This document shows, piece by piece, positions 61,001 through 64,000 of a stretch of DNA of 64,000 bases (the first letter of the stretch is position 1; each line of letters begins with the position of its first letter). A program made the position numbers and the translations under genes. The notes under the pieces are model-generated. The model saw only the letters and a list, made by a program, of their open reading frames with translations. It was not told where the DNA came from and did no database searches. Source of the DNA: Eledone cirrhosa (lineage: Eukaryota); the NCBI GenBank assembly GCA_964016885.1, contig OZ024741.1, positions 20,646,001-20,710,000 of the forward strand, written 5' to 3'.

Positions 61001-64000
61001 CAGCTAAGACAACCAATTAGATTGTGGAACTTGGGGAGTGAAGACCAGCTAAGACAACCAATTAGATGGTGGAACTAGGAGAGTGAAGACCAGCTAAGAC
61101 AACCAATTAGATGGTGGAACTTAGAGGGTGAAGACCAGCTAAGACAACCAATTAGATGGTAGAACTTGGGGAGTGAAGACCAGCTAAGACAACCAATTAG
61201 ATGGTGGAACTTAGAGGGTGAAGACCAGCTAAGACAACCAATTAGATGATGGAACTTGGGGAGAGAAGACCAGCTAAGACAACCAATTAGATGGTGGAAC
61301 TTGGGGAGAGAAGACCAGCTAAGACAACCAATTAGATGGTGGAACTTGGGTAGAGAAGACCAGCTAAGACAACCAATTAGATGGTGGAACTTGGGGAGTG
61401 AAGACCAGCTAAGACAACCAATTAGATGGTGGAACTTGGAGAGAGAAGACCAGCTAACAAAACCAATTAGATGGTGGAACTTGGAGAGTGAAGACCAGCT
61501 AAGATAACCAATTAGATGGTGGAACTTGGGGACTGAAGACCAGCTAAGACAACCAATTAGATGGTGGAACTTGGGGAGTGAAGACCAGCTAAGACAACGA
61601 ATTAGATGGTGGAACTTGGAGAGTGAAGACCAGATAAGACAACCAATTAGATGGTGGAACTTGGGGGCTGAAGACCAGCTAAGACAACCAATTAGATGTT
61701 GGAACTTGGGGAGTGAAGACCAGCTAAGACAACCAATTAGATCGTGGAACTTGGGGACTGAAGTCCAGTTAAGACAACCAATTAGATGGTGGAACTTGGG
61801 GAGTGAAGACCAGCTAAGACAACCAATTAGATGGTGGAACTTGGGGAGTGAAGACCAGCTAAGACAACCAATTAGATCGTGGAACTTGGGGACTGAAGAC
61901 CAGCTAAGACAACCAATTAGATGGTGGAGCCTGGAGAGTGAAGACCAGCTAAGACACCCAATTAGATGGTGGAACTTGGGGTGTGGAGACCAGCTAAGAC
62001 AACCAATTAGATGGTGCAATTGGGGAATGAAGACCAGCTAAGACAACCAATTAGATGGTGGAACTTGGAGTGTGAAGACCAGCTCAGACAACCAATTAGA
62101 TGGTGGAACTTGGGGAGTGAAGACCAGCTAAGACAACCAATTAGATGGTGGAACTTGGGGAGTGAAGACCAGCTAAGACAACCAATTAGATGGTGGAACT
62201 TGGGGAGTGAAGACCAGCTAAGACAACCAATTAGATGGTGGAACTTGGGGTGTGGAGACCAGCTAAGACAACCAATTAGATGGTGGAACTTGGGGAGTGA
62301 AGACCAGCTAAGACAACCAATTAGATTGTGGAACTTGGGGAGTGAAGACCTGCTAAGACAACCAATTAGATGGTGGAACTTGGGGAGTGAAGACCAGCTA
62401 AGACAACAAATTAGATGGTGGAACTTGGGGTGTGGAGACCAGCTAAGACAACCAATTAGATGGTGGAACTTGGGGAGTGAAGACCAGCTAAGACAACCAA
62501 TTAGATTGTGGAACTTGGGGAGTGAAGACCAGCTAAGACAACCAATTAGATGGTGGAACTTGGGGAGTGAAGACCAGCTAAGACAACCAATTAGATGGTG
62601 GAACTTGGGGGCTGAAGACCAGCTAAGACAACCAATTAGATGGTGGAACTTGGGGACTGAAGTCCAGTTAAGACAACCAATTAGATGGTGGAACTTGGGG
62701 AGTGAAGACCAGCTAAGACAACCAATTAGATTGTGGAACTTGGGGAGTGAAGACCAGCTAAGACAACCAATTAGATGGTGGAACTAGGAGAGTGAAGACC
62801 AGCTAAGACAACCAATTAGATGGTGGAACTTGGGGACTGAAGTCCAGTTAAGACAACCAATGAGATGGTGGAGCCTGGAGAGTGAAGACCAGCTAAGACA
62901 ACCAATTAGATGGTGGAGCCTGGAGAGTGAAGACCAGCTAAGACAACCAATTAGATGGTGGAACTTGGGGAGTGAAGACCAGCTAAGACAACCAATTAGA
63001 TGGTGGAACTTGGGGAGTGAAGACCAGATAAGACAACCAATTAGATGGTGGAACTTGGGGGCTGAAGACCAGCTAAGACAACCAATTAGATGTTGGAACT
63101 TGGGGAGTGAAGACCAGCTAAGACAACCAATTAGATCGTGGAACTTGGGGACTGAAGTCCAGTTAAGACAACCAATTAGATGGTGGAACTTGGGGAGTGA
63201 AGACCAGCTAAGACAACCAATTAGATGGTGGAACTTGGGGAGTGAAGACCAGCTAAGACAACCAATTAGATGGTGGAACTTGGGGAGTGAAGACCAGCTA
63301 AGACAACCAATTAGATCGTGGAACTTGGGGACTGAAGACCAGCTAAGACAACCAATTAGATGGTGGAGCCTGGAGAGTGAAGACCAGCTAAGACACCCAA
63401 TTAGATGGTGGAACTTGGGGTGTGGAGACCAGCTAAGACAACCAATTAGATGGTGCAATTGGGGAATGAAGACCAGCTAAGACAACCAATTAGATGGTGG
63501 AACTTGGGGAGTGAAGACCAGCTAAGAGAACGAATTAGATGGTGGAACTTGGAGAGTGAAGACCAGCTAAGACAACCAATTAGATGGTGGAACTTGGAGT
63601 GTGAAGACCAGCTCAGACAACCAATTAGATGGTGGAACTTGGGGAGTGAAGACCCGCTAAGACAACCAATTAGATGGTGGAACTTGGGAGTGAAGACCAG
63701 CTAAGACAACCAATTAGATTGTGGAACTTGGGGAGTGAAGACCAGCTAAGACAACCAATTAGATGGTGGAACTTGGGGAGTGAAGACCAGCCAAGACAAC
63801 CAATTAGATGGTGGAACTTGGGGTGTGGAGACCAGCTAAGACAACCAATTAGATGGTGGAACTTGGGGAGTGGAGACCAGCTAAGACAATCAATTAGATT
63901 GTGGAACTTGGGGAGTGAAGACCAGCTAAGACAACCAATTAGATGGTGGAACTTGGGGAGTGAAGACCAGCTAAGACAACCAATTAGATGGTGGAACTTG
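58061..64000. repeat. 45-bp satellite, about 132 copies, running off the window end
   Basis: Unit gaagaccagctaagacaaccaattagatggtggaacttggggagt, with occasional 42- and 44-bp units. Confidence 0.99.

Noticed and set aside
58001-63704. Repeat ORFs on both strands (HHLIGCLSWSS / EDQLRQPIRWW)
   Set aside because: Artefacts of a 45-bp unit, broken by stops and 44-bp frameshifting units.
58061-64000. CRISPR-like array (constant repeat plus variable part); also considered for the 72-bp array
   Set aside because: The variable parts are point variants of one sequence rather than unique spacers. The context is eukaryotic and there are no cas genes.

Overview
AT-rich, repeat-dense animal genomic DNA. 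The SINE, RTE and MITE families suggest a cephalopod such as Octopus (inference). The only host gene I can support is the 3' part of ribose-5-phosphate isomerase A (RPIA, + strand). Four exons (5822-5955, 46519-46660, 47961-48060, 49403-49512) splice in phase, and the first intron in view is about 40.6 kb. That intron holds an intact RTE LINE (ORF 22772-25891: APE endonuclease, RT, and a PHD-type finger inside the RT). Directly upstream of the LINE are 13 tandem ~410-bp monomers, and array plus LINE look like one ~9-kb insertion. The intron also holds truncated RTE, CR1-like, hAT, Helitron-like and piggyBac-type MITE copies, tRNA-derived SINEs, and tandem arrays of 48, 60, 61 and 72 bp. A 45-bp satellite fills the last 6 kb of the window. 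The 5161-aa, 638-aa and 45-bp-repeat ORFs are translations of satellites. Most notable: the monomer-headed LINE, arrays traceable to transposon ends, and a 15-kb array of ~212 hairpin-forming units with splice-like motifs inside the RPIA pre-mRNA.
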